Shown in pieces: positions 27,574-42,570 of a stretch of DNA of 64,000 nt (positions are counted from its first letter, which is position 1; each line of letters opens with the position of its first letter). The DNA is taken from NCBI GenBank assembly GCA_050230475.1, contig JBFLGF010000001.1, positions 124,001-188,000 of the forward strand, given 5' to 3'. This DNA comes from Ancylonema sp. (lineage: Eukaryota). Both the position numbers and the translations under genes were made by a program. The notes under the pieces are model-generated. The model had not been told where the DNA came from, did not search any database, and saw only the letters and a list, made by a program, of their open reading frames with translations.

Positions 27574-30500
27574 ATGGTTGGAGGAAAGAGGACCTTGAAG
27601 TATTCGGTACGTGGATGGTATTTTGATGTCTTTCGTCCTCTACGTTAATATCTTATATTCAATTTCAAAGCTATGATTATTTTCTTATACCATTGAGAGC
27701 AAATATGTTTTTATCGTGCACACATTTTGTTTCCCAATACAAATCAAACAAGCACTCACTCATTTTTTCTCCCAGGAGGTGGTTCGGGGAGATTCAAAAC
27801 CATAGCCGACCAACATGACGAAGGACGAGGACTTCATTGTATCTACGACTCCTAACACCCTCAACAAGGTGAGGAAACCTCGCATTAATATTGTTGTACT
27901 TGCAAATCTGTCCTCCGGATTGTTCTACTACAGTGATCGGATTTTTTCAATCCTCGGTCATACATTCTGAGTGATTCGTCTATATTGCGCAAATGATTAC
28001 TAAATTAAGAAAATATATTTAATTAAATTTAGTTTTGTCACTCACGACGAGATTTGTTTTGATTCTAATAGTTCCTACTTAACGGAGTTGCGGGCCAGAA
28101 CGTGAGGGAACCAAAGAATGTGGTGAAGATGCTTTTCCCTTCAATGACAACCGAGGAAGGCGTCCACACCGCGCCGAAAAGTGAAATACAAGACAAGACA
28201 CCCGTGATCTACCTTGTTCAAGTCTCAAAGGTGGGAAAATGACATTCATGTTTGGGCATTCATTATATCCTTTTTGCACGTAGAAAAGGAGCTTTGTTCA
28301 TGTGGCACCAATCTACAATTATATTGTTTCCTCTTTGTGATCTCATCCGCATACTGAATGGAAAGTCTTTTGGATATAATGTCGAGTTGGACACCAATGG
28401 TTCTCATAATTCGTTTTACTCTATTTGCGTAGTCGGAGGTTGTCCCGCCACGGACCGGTCTTGCACCAAATGACGCTCTTCCACTTGGACACAACACGAA
28501 AGTGAAGGTAGGTAGTGAAATATGGTGCCAATTTATGTGTAGGATTGAGCATGCCTCACAATTCGTATGATGCCGTTTCTGAGAAGAATGCCATACGCGT
28601 GTCATCTGTCTTATACATTGAGTACCAAGAAAAGAATGGCATGCACACCTCAAAGGCATCAATACTGTACACTATATCACTCACTCTTCAATTTCTATCC
28701 ATTGGTGCAGACGGAGGCGACAACCACACAACTCGGCCTTACCCAATCCACCCCTGAACCTAGCCCACTTAATGAAAGCAACAAAGTCAAGGTGAGCGGT
28801 TTGTATGTTAAAGAGCTCTCTATTGTAGAAGCAAGTTTTATTATTATACAGAATACTGCTCGATCATGATAGCCATAGAGTACCGTCACATAGCTATTAG
28901 TCTCGACATATTTCACACAGTCAGTTGATATGTCGTTCAGAGTACTTGGAACTAGACACTTGCAACCCCGTTTTTTTCGTGTTTGCATGTAGCCCCTCAA
29001 GGCCAATTTCCGATCCGACGTCCCAAGCGGGGCGACAACAATGATCCACGCGAAAGTAATCCATAAGTATCCACCCTTCCCATTGAAGATTGGTAAGTAC
29101 GAGAACATCCACGCACAAGTGCTCGTGCAAGACCCCGAAGGAAATACGGGGTTCCTCAAACGAATATGGCCCAGAGGAACAGAGAACCATGAGACCGAGG
29201 CACAAGTATGGACTGATTCTTTCAGAGTTGGCGAGGCATACACCTTTTTGAACAGCCCTCTTAGAGAGGTTTCGGCCAAGTAAGCTACCAATATCTTCTC
29301 ATTGTTTCTCCTCCTTCCTATTAGACAGATTGTTCATTGTTGCACTACCACTCCTTTACGTGAAGTATTCAATATACTCTTTTGGTCAAAAACTATACCC
29401 AAAAATTGCACAATGACATCTATGTTTTATTTTTAACAACTACAACCTCGTTTTGTATTTCACAGATGGCAACCGGGTGGTAGTGTGAGGGAATTGACAT
29501 TCAACGAAGAGGTGACACTCGTAGCACCATGCCCGCCAAAAGTGACGTTCGCAGCCACGACACCCAACCCTACCGTTGACGATCTGGAGTCAGTTATAGG
29601 GGTACGCATTATATACCCGGACGACCAATTTGCTACGCGTGACTTTTTTTTTGGAACTATCGAGAAAATACATGTTGTGCATGAAGCGAATAGCCCGCTA
29701 TTTATTTACACAATACGCCTTTTGTATAATGCTCTCTAACAATATCTATCTCACATGTGCAGCTCTTCAACATTACTCTAGCCGTGGACGAGGTGCGGCC
29801 CATTCGCACGGTTTCTCAGAACAAAGTCATCTCTCTACGAGGACACGATTCAAAGGGACACGTGATTATAGAGGCCTAGAACGATCCGGCATCTTCTCTC
29901 GACTCTTTCTTCTCCGGTGGAAACAAGCGCTACATAGAATTGTGGTCTGTCTCCTACAACCCCATCAAGAGAACGATCGACTACCGGACCCACTCGGACA
30001 TAGCTCTCCTTGAAGACCCGTCCATCATCAACAACCTCACCAACTTTTCGATACCCGCTGTAATCATGCACCCGGGAATTCCACTACTCACGTAAGTCTA
30101 GAAAGGAAGACTACTTATTCTAAGACTTGGTTGTTACCAATCGGCGGATTTATGCCGTAACTTGCCATCACACTTACACATATAATTCTTTTCGCACATG
30201 AATAGAATATGTCTTATAGATTCTCCACATCACATGCAACCATGGTCAAAAATGTTAATCACATGTCAAAACCAACAAATGAAAGGACATTAAAAATATA
30301 ATGGACATTTTCCACGAAATTCACGAAAAGCTTCAGGTGATATTTGCAAGTTTACCCAGATGGACGAAGTGCTTCACAATCCAACAAACACACCTTCCAC
30401 TAGGGGTAGGGTGATTGTGGAAGTGATGAAGTTCATCGAGTGCTCTCTTCAACTCGTCACCGGGCGTCACGAGCTAAGGGCCAAAGTGGTGGCCATTGAC

Positions 30501-31304
30501 GCATGTAAGCAATATGTCTAGCATGTACCGTTGTCCACACGAGGTATAAATGTGTAATTTGAGAGATACCTTCTAATTTAAAAGTAACAATTATGAGAAT
30601 AACAAATCAAACAAACCACCATTATTCAACATAGTTCAATGTTTTCTCCTCACTAAACTCACACCACAATATGCCTTGGGATATATGTAGGCGACGAACG
30701 ACGCACCATCAGCTTCACCGAGAAAACAACTTGTGAACTCCTTTCCACCGGCCCTACGGAATGGGACACGCTTGTAGCCACAGTCAAACAAGAGAAGACT
30801 ATGACCGCCACCGGGGTTTACGAGATCGTCTTCTATGGCCGAGAGTATGACAGTGACAAGAAGTACTACACAGTAGTTAAGGCACGGCGCATCACCAATG
30901 AAGAAGCCACGAAGTTCAACAAGGTAAAAATGAAGCCCCAATTAGAGAAAGAGCGTACACAACGCATGATGTAAGAAGCCAAAAGAGAATAGAGAACTAC
31001 TACCCAAAGATAATAAAAGAGAACAATGATAAAAGACGTCGATTTTTTCAAACGCATAACATCTATAGACATAAAATGTTGTATATCCATATTTGAAAAA
31101 GTATGAAACACAAATCAACACACATTAAATACCTACCAAGCCAATATGTAATAATCACGGATAACATTGCCAAGATATTTACACAATAAAAACTAACATC
31201 AATCGAGTGCTTCTTTGCAGGAGCGCGGCAACAAACGCAATGACGAGGAAGCTCCTCCGGCCAAAAAACTCAAGTTGGAGGACATTGATCTTGATAGCGA
31301 ATAG
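27574..31304 (+). pseudogene. Multi-exon RPA70-like OB-fold ssDNA-binding gene carried by the Helentron
   Basis: TATA-like cctataaat near 27440 and ATG at 27574. Spliced IHAKVIHKYP..QVLVQDPEG..FRVGEAYTFLN..RELTFNEEVTLVAPC resembles RPA1 DBD-A (ICARVTNK..LVDESG..VNKVYYFS..YEMTFNNETSVMPC). A second OB-like segment SLRGHDSKGHVIIEA*ND has a stop. The last exon has an NLS-like KRNDEEAPPAKKLKL. Confidence 0.65.
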
Positions 31305-32797
31305 TTACCATCCGAGCTTCATCAAAGCACCCGAGTTAGTTTACTCGCTACCTATTTAGAAGATACCACGATATAGGACATAGTGGGTAGGAAACAACAA
31401 GAACCTATATTTCTAGGGAATGAAAGCAAATACGAATGTGTATGTTTCTTTTGAGGTTAGGAAAATAGCATATTTACTCGCTAAATGCACACTCACGAGA
31501 GACCACAACACTTGTATGTGTAAGGTCTAAGTATGGGGAATTAGTCAGACATTGCCCTTTCCATACCATTGTCATATCGTAATAACAAATATTGGAGGCA
31601 TATATATCTCAAAAAAACAATACCAAGTCTAATTCAATTCTTCTTAACGACTTTATTCCCAAATTTAAATGAACGCCGAACCTAAAAAGACTTTCAGAGT
31701 ATGAGTGTTAGTATTTAAATCGAGGCTATAAATAATAGCACATTGAGATAAAAATAAGGACAGAGCTAATTCAAATTGAATGTCGAAAGTGAAAGGATTA
31801 TTCCTACTAGGACCAAATTTATTAAAAAAAAATCTAAATCAAATAGTTAACAACTTCGAACGAATCAATGTTTGCTAGACATGCACTATATATCGCACAA
31901 GAAACCACTTTGCGAACACAAACAATAAACAAGGAATGGTTGCACCATGTGACTTAGCTCTCCCCGAGTAGGCGGGTCATGCCAAATTTCATTTTTATGA
32001 TTTGATAATAACATTGTAGGCCGTTTGGTCGTCCAAATGCGCTTTTAGTGTTTGAATTGTGATATTTATGCTTTTAAAGGTGCGAGTATTTTTTTCCGTC
32101 CATGGGAATGTTACTATTAACGTTTTTGTAAAGTTATATTTCCTTTTCGTTCGTATCTTGGAGTAGTTTTTTTTTTTTTTTTTTTTTTTCCTTTTTTTTT
32201 TTTCCAGAGGGTTTTTTTTTGTTGCTTTTGTTTTTTTGTTTTTTTCATTTTAATAGACTTTAGTTTCTCCTTCATTTTCTCATAAGTTGTTTACATAAAT
32301 AGGTTAACCATGACTCGGAACAATTTCAGGCATCGAAAGGGAGGGTTTCTAAACTTGACATGAATACAATAATAGTTCTGAACCCAAATAATCGGTATAC
32401 CGGGTAGATGTAGTTGATTAGCTGAGGTAATATTATTATTTGATAACCGGTTTGATTTGTCGGCCGTTCGTACCGCCGTCTATATTTCGTCCGGGCTGCC
32501 TGGCGAAAATGTAGCCGATCTTTTGGGCTCACGGTAACAGCCCAGTATGAATTATTTGGGCGGTTGAGCTCGGGTTATAGCGTGCTTGATCATAATAGGC
32601 GGTCTGAAACCTGTATGCTAAATTTTGGCCGGCGCTACAGCTGTTGCACATCTGTGGTACCTTTGATGCAAACCTGTGGTACACAGTATATTGCATAACA
32701 ATAGTGAGACTAAAGCGCTCGAATATTGCATAACAATAGATAGACTAAAGCGTTCGAAGTACGGCTTGATATAATTATGGGCAGCACATGGCAGGAC

Positions 32798-35700
32798 TGT
32801 GAGAACGCAGAATCAGTGCTTGTATAATGAAAGAGAAAATATTTCTATGCTTTATCTTGATAGGTGTTGTTGTAAAGAAACATTTGAGTGAAGAAATAAG
32901 TTGATTTGGAGTTTTGGTTAGGAAGTTATCGATTTTACAAATATTGCGTTTGAGTGCTAATTAGGGGGGCGGATAATACGAGGTCGAAACTTTGAAGTGA
33001 CCGATACGCGTCGTCTGTGGTCAGAATTGAGTCATTCTTTGTGTGATTTGTTTCATTTAGAGAGATGCACGTGGTGACAGTAGTTGGAATATTTTGGACA
33101 TGTGTAAGTTTTGGCGGTCAACGTGTCGACGTTTGTAGTCACTAGTTGAGACATTGTGACACGTATTGACACGTAGGTGACAAGTGGATAGCATCATAGG
33201 CTTGGGGCTGTCAAGTGCAGCATAGCATCTTTGTGAGAGTCGTTTGTGGTAGTAGACGCATGTACTAAGGGTCTTTGGAACCCATACATTTTTTAAATGA
33301 CTTTGAAAGATTATCTTGTCGAAGTATTCAGGCGTTTTGTTGGATGAGTTTCAGAAGATAAAGTGTGCAGTTCAACATGTCATATGGTATCAGAGCTGAT
33401 GGTGATGCTTCCAGAAAAACGTATTTCAATGGGAAGAATTTCGGTGCGTGGAGCACGAATGTGTTCGCGGCACTAGATGAGGCGGATGCTCTGCGTATTA
33501 CGCAGCGAAAGGAGACTATTCCTGTTGAGGTGCTACCAGCCCTTGATGCTCTTGGAAATGTCAATAACCAGGCGCAAATGGATGAAATCGTGGCTGATCT
33601 CAAAGATTTTGGAAAGCGCTTCAAGAGAGGTGTTTCAATTCTTACTCAATCAATTGACGATTCTTTGGTACAACTTCTGAATTCGGTTCCTAGGCATCCA
33701 GCCGACATCTGGGAGAAGATCGAGCGAGACTTCAATAAGGGGTGTCTCCCGGAACTCAGCAGATGAAGGAAGAGCTACGTGCTTTTCATATCGATCCGAA
33801 CGAAGATGCGGTCCTCGTGCAGCATAGGCTCGAGTTGTTGGTTGATAAGTGTCGGCAGAAGAAGTACTTTCCTACAGATGAGGACGTCGCGATGACTCTG
33901 CTCGACGCACTTGATGAGAGTTATGAGTCACTTCGAAATACATACTGGGTAACGTCTCCTCTTCCGTCGATAGGGGTGGATCTACACTCAGATTGATGAC
34001 AAGAAGCGGCGGGCGAAAAGGTCGGAGGGTGCTGCGCACAGTGCGGCACTTGCGGCTAAGTTTGCGAAAACATCTATCGAAGGTTACTATGGTGGTGGTG
34101 GTGCTGGTGGTGAAAGGAAGTTCGTTCCTCGGAGGTTGCGGTGTTGCCGGAGGCGGCCGTGGCGGTGTTGGAGGTCGTGGTGGCGACGATGGCGGTGATT
34201 CTGAATCGTGCTACAAGTGTGGCGCTAATGATCATTTTGCGAGGGATTGCCCTCACAAGAAAAACACGTGTAGTTACTGTTGTGGCGTGGTGGGCCATTT
34301 GGAGCTGGTATGTTTCGACAAGCGGGACGGGAAGCCGCGAGGTCAGCGTGCGGTCATTGGTGGGCCACCCGGAGGACGTGCACTTGGTGGTGAGGGTCGA
34401 CGTGCGGAAGTCGGCTTCAATGAGCAACTGTTTGGCGAGGTGGACTTCAGTGAATGGATGATGGCTGAAGGGATGAAGAATTCTAGAGAAAAACTGGAAG
34501 TGAAAGGAGAGTGGCTGTGTAACATTGGAGCCAAGCATCATGCATGCAAGGACTTCGATAAGTTCGTGAAGCTAGAAAAGTTTCCGAAGGCGCAGTATGT
34601 GAAACAAATTCAGGGTAGAGTGAAAGTCACTCATTGGGGGGTGGCGCAAGTGTTTTCGGTTGGAGCGAGTGGTGAGGAGCGAAGTGTGATTTTACACGAC
34701 TGTCTTTACACACCGGATCTTTGTGTGAATGTTTTCTCACTACAACGACTACGTAAGAAATCTGGTTCCTATGCTCAATCCGGTAAGCTTGGAGGCAAGG
34801 TGCCGCTTTACAACGCGGGTGGAAATCAATTTGCTACCATGCAAGAGTCGGAGAGTGGACGTCTGACATTAGTAGAAGCCGGATGCTGATGTGGAAAGTG
34901 GTTATTATGAGGAGGCTGTGGTGGTGCGAGAGGAGAAAGAGAAGATTCCGATGGAGAGTGATGTGGCGAAAAGTAGTGACACCGAGAGTGGTGATTACGG
35001 AGAGGCAGAAAGTGACGGAGTGAGTGCCGAGGATGAGATGGACGTTTTGTTTGAACCCGTGGTGTTTCCAAGTGTTGGATCAGGTGCTGAGCTGAGCATG
35101 GGTGAGGCTGAGGGGAAACCATTGCATGATGAAGAAGTGATTCTGGTCACAAAAGAGGAAATGCACGATGGTGTGAATGTCAAAATCGGTGGAGGTGACC
35201 GACTTGCGGTGAACGAGTTCTTTGAGGATCCGATGGGAACGGCAAAGAAACTGATTGGTGACGAGAAAGTGAAGGTTTTTTGGGACGCATTTCCTGAACC
35301 GGTGACGTCTGATGAGAGTGGGAGGGAGCCTAAGGGGCTCGATGAGTCGTCTCATAAGGAGAAAGGTGTCAAGCGCAAGTTCAAAGTTACCGACGGCATT
35401 GCGCGAAAAGTGTGGAGGGGTCGCTTCAGTGCAGGAGGGAGAAATGCAGAAGCAAGAGGGAGTGACATCCCAACTGAGAATATGTGAAAGGCCAGAATGA
35501 GAAGAGCATCATCAATAAAACATTGAGTGAATTGACGCACTTAATTCTGGGAGGGAGAATGTGAGAAAGGAGAATCAGTGCTTGTATAATGAGAGCGAAA
35601 ATACTTCGATGCTTTATCTTGATAGGTTTTGTTGTAAGAAACATTTGAGTGAAGAAATAAGTTGATTTGGAGTTGTGGTTAGGAAGATATCGATACAAAT

Positions 35701-36165
35701 ATAGCGTTTGAGTGCTAATTAGGCGGATAAACGAGGTCGAAACTTTGAAGTGACCGATACGCGTCGTCTGTGGTCAGAATTGAGTCATTGTGTTTCATTT
35801 AGAGAGATGCACGTGGTGACAGTAGTTGGCATATTTTGGACTGGACATGTGTAAGTTTTGGCTGGTCAACGTGTCGACGTTTGTAGTCACTAGTTGAGAC
35901 ATTATGACACGTATTGACACGTAGGTGACAAGTGGATAGCATCACAGGCTTGGGGCTGTCAAGTGCAGCATAGCATCTTTGTGAGAGTCGTTTGTGGTAG
36001 TAGACGCATGTACTAAGGGTCTTTGGAACCCATACATTTTTTAAATGACTTTGAAAGATTATCTTGTCGAAGTATTCTGGCGTTTTGTTGGATGAGTTTC
36101 AGAAGCACATATATGAGTACTTGACTTTTAATTAAGAAGAGTGGTGCAGAATTCAACATGTCATA
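32798..36165 (+). mobile_element. Non-autonomous Ty1/Copia LTR retrotransposon (gag-protease only)
   Basis: LTRs 32798-33384 and 35560-36165; 5-bp TSD aggac; PBS tggtatcagagc at 33385; PPT gggagggagaa before 35560. Frameshifted gag with CYKCGANDHFARDC; protease WLCNIGAKHH lacks the catalytic Asp; no integrase/RT motifs seen. Confidence 0.93.
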
Positions 36166-37285
36166 AGGACGAGGTTGTTGAAGGTCCTGTGTTTTATCCT
36201 ACGCTTTCAGAATTTCTTCATCCGGATCCGCAAGTATACTTGCAATCTACGTACCGCGACTGTCTGGAGTTCCGAAAAGCCGGTACGGATTCGTTTCTTT
36301 AATTGCGTTACCCAACAATGTGAGCTTGTTTTCATTTCGCAATTGTTTATATACTGTGCAGGTAGATGTAAGATTGCCAGCCCTATCAAACTGAATACCA
36401 TAGAGTCGGCACGTATGGTTCTGGCGAAAAAAGACTTCAGATTCGACACCAAGATGCTTCCATTGCAAAGCAAGATCCTCTACAAGAAAAGTGGTGCCTG
36501 CATGGGATGGCAACACGAAAACCCCGAAAAAAGAATCCGAAGTAAATTCACAAGCAACTGTTGCTTTCTTCTTATTTGACATTTCGCTGACAATAGTTCT
36601 TTTCGTTGACCATGTTCAGCAATTTTTCGCTGGAGGTTTTTGAGGCAAGCTCTTTGGAGGTGCGTCAAAACGTGTTTGGTTTGGCCGCTGATATGTCGGA
36701 CGCCAAAATTGAAGAGTCATTCTGTAAGGAGCTCACTTCTAGAGCATCAAATGTGGTGGAGTACGCCAACGACGTGACGTATTCTGCATTTTCTTCTCTT
36801 CCAAGAGATCCTCTAGGATCCTCGGGGTGGAATTTGACAGTAAATTATGCATTGTAGTTTATAGCAATAAATAAAAACAAAAGGTGATTTTTTGTGAAGT
36901 TGTCATATATACTCAATGTTCTTGGATTTTTATTTTCTTTTGGAAAGATGTATGAAATTATTTATATTGAATCCTCTCTTGAATCCCCTGTTGAATCCTC
37001 TCTTGAATCTTTTTGATATATATTACATGAAATTAGAATTCACAAGTAATATTATGTGTTTATGAACGAAACATGCATGACGATTTTCCAAAGGTGTTTT
37101 TAATTAATAATTGAGCGGGAATACAATAACGTAAAAAATATTTTTCTCCATAAATATATGATGTATGAAGAAATATAAATACAGAAATACGAAAATGTTT
37201 TCATGAAGTGGGTATGAGTGAAGCATTTCATTTTATATATATTTTTGCACACCCGAAAATTATACAGTTGGATTTCATGATAATA

Positions 37286-37810
<525 letters not shown>

Positions 37811-40569
37811 CTAAATAATTAGATTAAAATGAAAAATACTAGTTTGATTTTTTTTTATAGCTTATGAAACAAAAAAATTAAAAATGTAATTATATGATTT
37901 TTTAAAAAATGATTTAACCTATATTTTCTACATCTTATTGCAAAGGATTGCTGGACTTTCAGGGACGCTTACAAGACATGAGAAAGCGGATATTTCAAGA
38001 GTTACCCAACCTATGATATACGTGGGGATGCTTCATAGCTATTTTCCATGGCATGTGGAAGACAACAATTGCTTCTCCATCAATTATTCCCATGAAGGAG
38101 ATGCCAAAACATGGGGGGTACTTGGGGAAACGGAAGCTACTACTTTTGAAGTGTTAATACACTCGATCCTTATTGGGAAAACAGTTAAGTAGTCTTTGGC
38201 GGATTCTATCCTCCGAATTGTGGACAAGTCGGTGATTATTCCCGTTTCTTATTTGGTTAAAGCCGGTCTGCGCGTTCATCGTTTGGTACAACGACCCGGG
38301 GAGTTCATTGTTACAACCCCCCGTGGCTATCATGCTGGTTTTAGCCACGGCTTCAATATAGGGGAAGCAGTGAATTTCGCTCCTTCTACTTGGCTTCCAC
38401 TTGCAGTGCGTCGCTATTCTTTTCTTGGTCTTTGGTCTGTTGTGCATTATGATGCGTATGTTCTTGCAGAGGTGGAAGATATGATTCTTCGCACAAGTCA
38501 TGTGGGGAAGAGTTTGCAAAAAGCTGCTTGGATTAAGCTTGTTGATGAAATGGAAACGAAGGTTGAGGAGATTTTATCACCTTCTATTGTAACTGTTGAG
38601 CGAGTAGTTCAACATGTGTGTAGTGATAAATTGATTGGGAAATGTAGAAGATGTAAAGAGACATGTTGTTTAGTGGGAGTCTAGTGTGCGTGTGACATCA
38701 AAAGTCTTCTATGTGTACGAGAAGATAGATCGACTTGCAAGTGTGTTTCTGTGACTATTTGCTATTCCGAGGAGTGGGAGATGTACAAGCCTCTCGCGAG
38801 TGTTTGGAAAGGAGGGATAGACAAGGAGAGTGTGAGAGAGATACTCCAGGAGGTTGATTTAGAAGATCCGTTATTAGTTAGTCAACCGCAAATTATTGGT
38901 AGGAAAAGGGGCAGGAAACGTAGTGCAAAATAGTAATATCAGGTGGAAAGCATTTTGACATGGTGATGATTGTTGTTTTTTTTACGTTTTTGTGTTTTGT
39001 TGTAGATAGAATAAATGAATGTATTCACTTGGTAGTTAAGTATTTGATATACAACTCCAATTTTTTAGCAAACAAGGTCAAGAAAAGTAGTGCGAAATAG
39101 AAATAGTGCGAATGTGAAAAGCATGAAATGTTGTGGTGTTTCCTTTGTATCAAATTAGTTTTTTGTTTACTTTGTGTGGACACTAATTGACACTTGTGCA
39201 CATTTGGACAGCCTCAGAATTAATGCATTAACCTAATTATTTTATTTTGTAATTTGTGGAACTGATTTTGATGTATACATCCGATGGTGTATTACTGCCA
39301 AAAATCAGAGTGAGATAATGCTATTCAAATTCTAATTAATTAATTGTTGATGGGGGTGTGTGGAAGTAAATACTTTGGTGTATAATTATTTTTGTATGTT
39401 TTTCTTTTTATTTCTAAGTGGAATTGAGAAAGCAAAGTTTCGTTATTACATCAACAATTTATTAAAATTATTGTGATGTTATAATTTTTCATTGTTTGTA
39501 ACACAAATCGGTAACATCCCTTAAAATTGTATTAACATCATGCGAGCTTTGAAAATAACCCACAAAATGGTATCTCTTTTAATGATAAAGTGTTGTCTTA
39601 TACAGATCACTATGCAATTGTATGTCATCACTTCATGGATGTTAGCTTCATAAGGAAGCTGTAAAGGCACATGTAACTTGTACACTCTACATATGAAGAA
39701 AGTAAAACTAATGTTCATCAACTTAATCAACTATTTTATAGCTATCCATTTAAATCTCAAGTATTTGTATTTTTTAGTTCTATAATTATTACATCCGAAC
39801 ATGCAATGCTTTGATGAATGTTCATGTGAACGACCACAATTTTTTATGTGCATTTATAAGGCATAAAATAATGCCCCAAAAAAAAAAAAAAAAAAAAAAT
39901 CCAAAATGTGGCTTCAATATGAATCACGCATTTCTCATGAGGAAGACGTTGCACACAAACAAATCGAGTTGCACTTTAAACGGATTCAAGTTCATTTTCT
40001 TGAGAATTTGAAAAGTTTATTTTTGTATTGTAGGATGGAAATATGTATGAGGAGAATACCAAAACCTGTGAAGGACAAAAACAATAAAATGTAAGTAAAT
40101 AATTAAGTCCCCATTTACTTGCCTATTACCATTTTTCTTTTAAAAAAAATGTTACTTGTTATTCTTTTGCTATTTTGAATAAGCTATGTGTATTCAGTTT
40201 TTGGGTGTCTACATTGTATTGATGTTTTTTTTTTTTTTTTTGGGATGTTACTAGTTTTGGTAGGTTTGAACTTGAAGGAAATATATTTTGGTTTATTTGT
40301 GGGTTGGATTTTTTACGAAAGGAGAGTAAAAGAATACCTTAACATGTTGGTGCCAAAATCGATGTAATATTAATCTTTGGAATGGATTATAGTTACATCC
40401 ATACGGCAAAAAAAAAAACATACGCCGTATGCCATACTTTTGCCAGCCATGTTTTTTAGGTAATTCGTATACATTTTAGGGGTTGTAATTTGGACCCAAA
40501 ATAATGTACCGAAACCCAAAACCCCAAAAAACTTACCAAAGAAGATGTGAAGCATCCAATTGTGTTGTG

Positions 40570-41945
40570 TAACGTACACGGATGATGTCACTCATCCTCC
40601 TCATTCTCCTCCTCATGCAACCATTCCTCATCTTCCTCTATCTCTTCGTCTATGTCTAATGCCTATCTTTTTTTTTGCAGGCTTTTTGAAGCTGATTTTT
40701 CACTACTAGCCACAAACGTTTCTAAGTTCTTACAGAGAAGAGTATACCAATCCCGCTCTTTTACAAATGTTTTATGTTCCTTGCACCAATTATCTATCAT
40801 AACTACCATTTCTTTTTTTAATCCCCTCACTCCACTAATTAGCTGCATAACTTTCTAACACATGCAATCATCTGTAACTTTTTTGAGTCTACTCTTCAGT
40901 ATCGCTAAAGCTCGTTCCTCCTCGATGTCCGTTGTTTCTCTTTGTGATGTTTGAGTAGGAACGCCTTCAGTGTCCTTCTCGACTTCGGGGTCTTCATCCT
41001 CATTATCCTTTCCCACCGCATACTTGTTTAAACTATCCACTATTTCTAACAATGTCTTTTCTACTTGTATACGCTTATTTCTTTCTGTTTCAAGTTGTGC
41101 CTACATATTTTCCCTATCCTCCATGATCTGTTTCTCAAAAGCAACAAATCTTTGCTCTATGGCAACATATTTTTGTTTCTGCACAACATGTTGCTCTTTT
41201 AAGGCAACAAAATCATGCTTCGAGACGAGATGATTCTCTTCTATAGCAAATGGCCTGATGTCCACTACTTGTATCTGTTCCTGTAATGAAGTATTGCTTT
41301 CCACTGTAGGTACAATTGCTAATGTAGTTGGATTTGTAGTATAATTGTCTTCATATATATATCGCACACCACGTGGTGGTTTGTACCTAGGTAAATTGGG
41401 TCCGCTCCTAGCATTTGATGCTGTTTTGTTGAATCCCTCAGACCTCATATTTAACACCTCCAGCGAAGAATAGATATGTGTAGGAAAATAATCGGACACA
41501 CTTGCAAGATCGTAATTTTGTTGCCCTTTGTCATTAACAGCAGGAAGTGACAATGGATGGCAGATGATGTGAAAGCGATTTATCTCGAGGAAATTCTCAT
41601 CGCCATACATCTGGAAAAAAAAATGTAGTACAAACATCAGATTAGAGCATGCTTTTATTCAAATTCGTGAAGAAGGAGAGAAAACGATATGAGATGAAGC
41701 TCACTTTCTTTAGTTTCAGAGCCGCATTATTTGCTCCATCGACCACGATCGCTCGCAATAACTTGTGGTTGTGTGTGTTGCCCGAGAGACACAATAGTGC
41801 CAACAGGCACAACGCCATTCGGCATAGAACCTAGTGAGAGCATAGCGCGAAGGACCTTTTTGAGTGTCTCTTTATCATGATGCACCCGAGGACCAGCATC
41901 AGCGCTTGGTGCCTCGGCAACACTCGATTGCCTCACAGTATCCAT
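40570..41945 (-). pseudogene. Decayed two-exon transposon accessory gene with coiled-coil/acidic C-terminus (possibly En/Spm TNP1-like)
   Basis: MDTVRQ..VGTIVSLGQHTQPQVIA, a frameshift, then an intron (~41611-41704), then MYGDENFLEIN.. and heptad-like LKEQHVVQKQKYVAIEQRFVAFEKQI with stops. Family assignment is weak. Confidence 0.45.
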
Positions 41946-42030
41946 TTGATCAGAGAAACAAGGAGAGGATATCGCAAGTGTTGCGAGTATATGAAAATTG
42001 TTGGAGCACAGTATTCCGCTTATAGCAGCC

Positions 42031-42570
42031 TTTGCAGCGAGTTTGCAGCGAGTTTGCAGCGAGTTTGCAGTTTGCAGTTTGCAGCCTGCAGCTTGCAGCG
42101 AGTTTGCAGCGAGTTTGCAGTTTGCAGTTTGCAGCCTGCAGCTTGCAGCGAGTTTGCAGCGAGTTTGCAGTTCGCAGTTTGCAGCCTGCAGCTTGCAGCG
42201 AGTTTGCAGCGAGTTTGCAGCGAGTTTGCAGGTTGCAGTTTGCAGCCTGCAGCTTGCAGCGAGTTTGCAGCGAGTTTGCAGTTTGCAGTGTGCAGCCTGC
42301 AGCTTGCAGCGAGTTTGTAGCGAGTATGCAGCGAGTTTGCAGCGAGTTTGCAGCGAGTTTGCAGTGCACCGTATTTTCTCCGATTGCAGCGAGAACAGCG
42401 TATTTCCGCCGGTTGCAGCGTATTTGCGCCGATCGAGCGAGTGCACCTTATTTCCGCCGATTGCAGCGAGTGCAGCGAATTTCCGCCGATTGCCGCGATT
42501 GCACCTAATTTTCGCCTATTGCAGTGAGTGCAGCGACTGTACCTACCGTTTTCCATATTTTGCAGCGGGT
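42031..42570. repeat. Subterminal tandem array of gcagcgagttt/gcagttt units with ~49-bp higher-order period, degenerating rightward
   Basis: Visible in sequence; it explains the repetitive LQTRCKLAA ORFs. Confidence 0.92.

Larger units (their letters stand above)
17800..32170 (-). mobile_element. Helentron (endonuclease-encoding Helitron), ~14 kb, decayed; boundaries approximate
   Basis: AT-rich block holding a Rep-helicase-endonuclease pseudogene and a divergent RPA-like gene. The right side ends in a long T tract near 32167. Confidence 0.75.
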
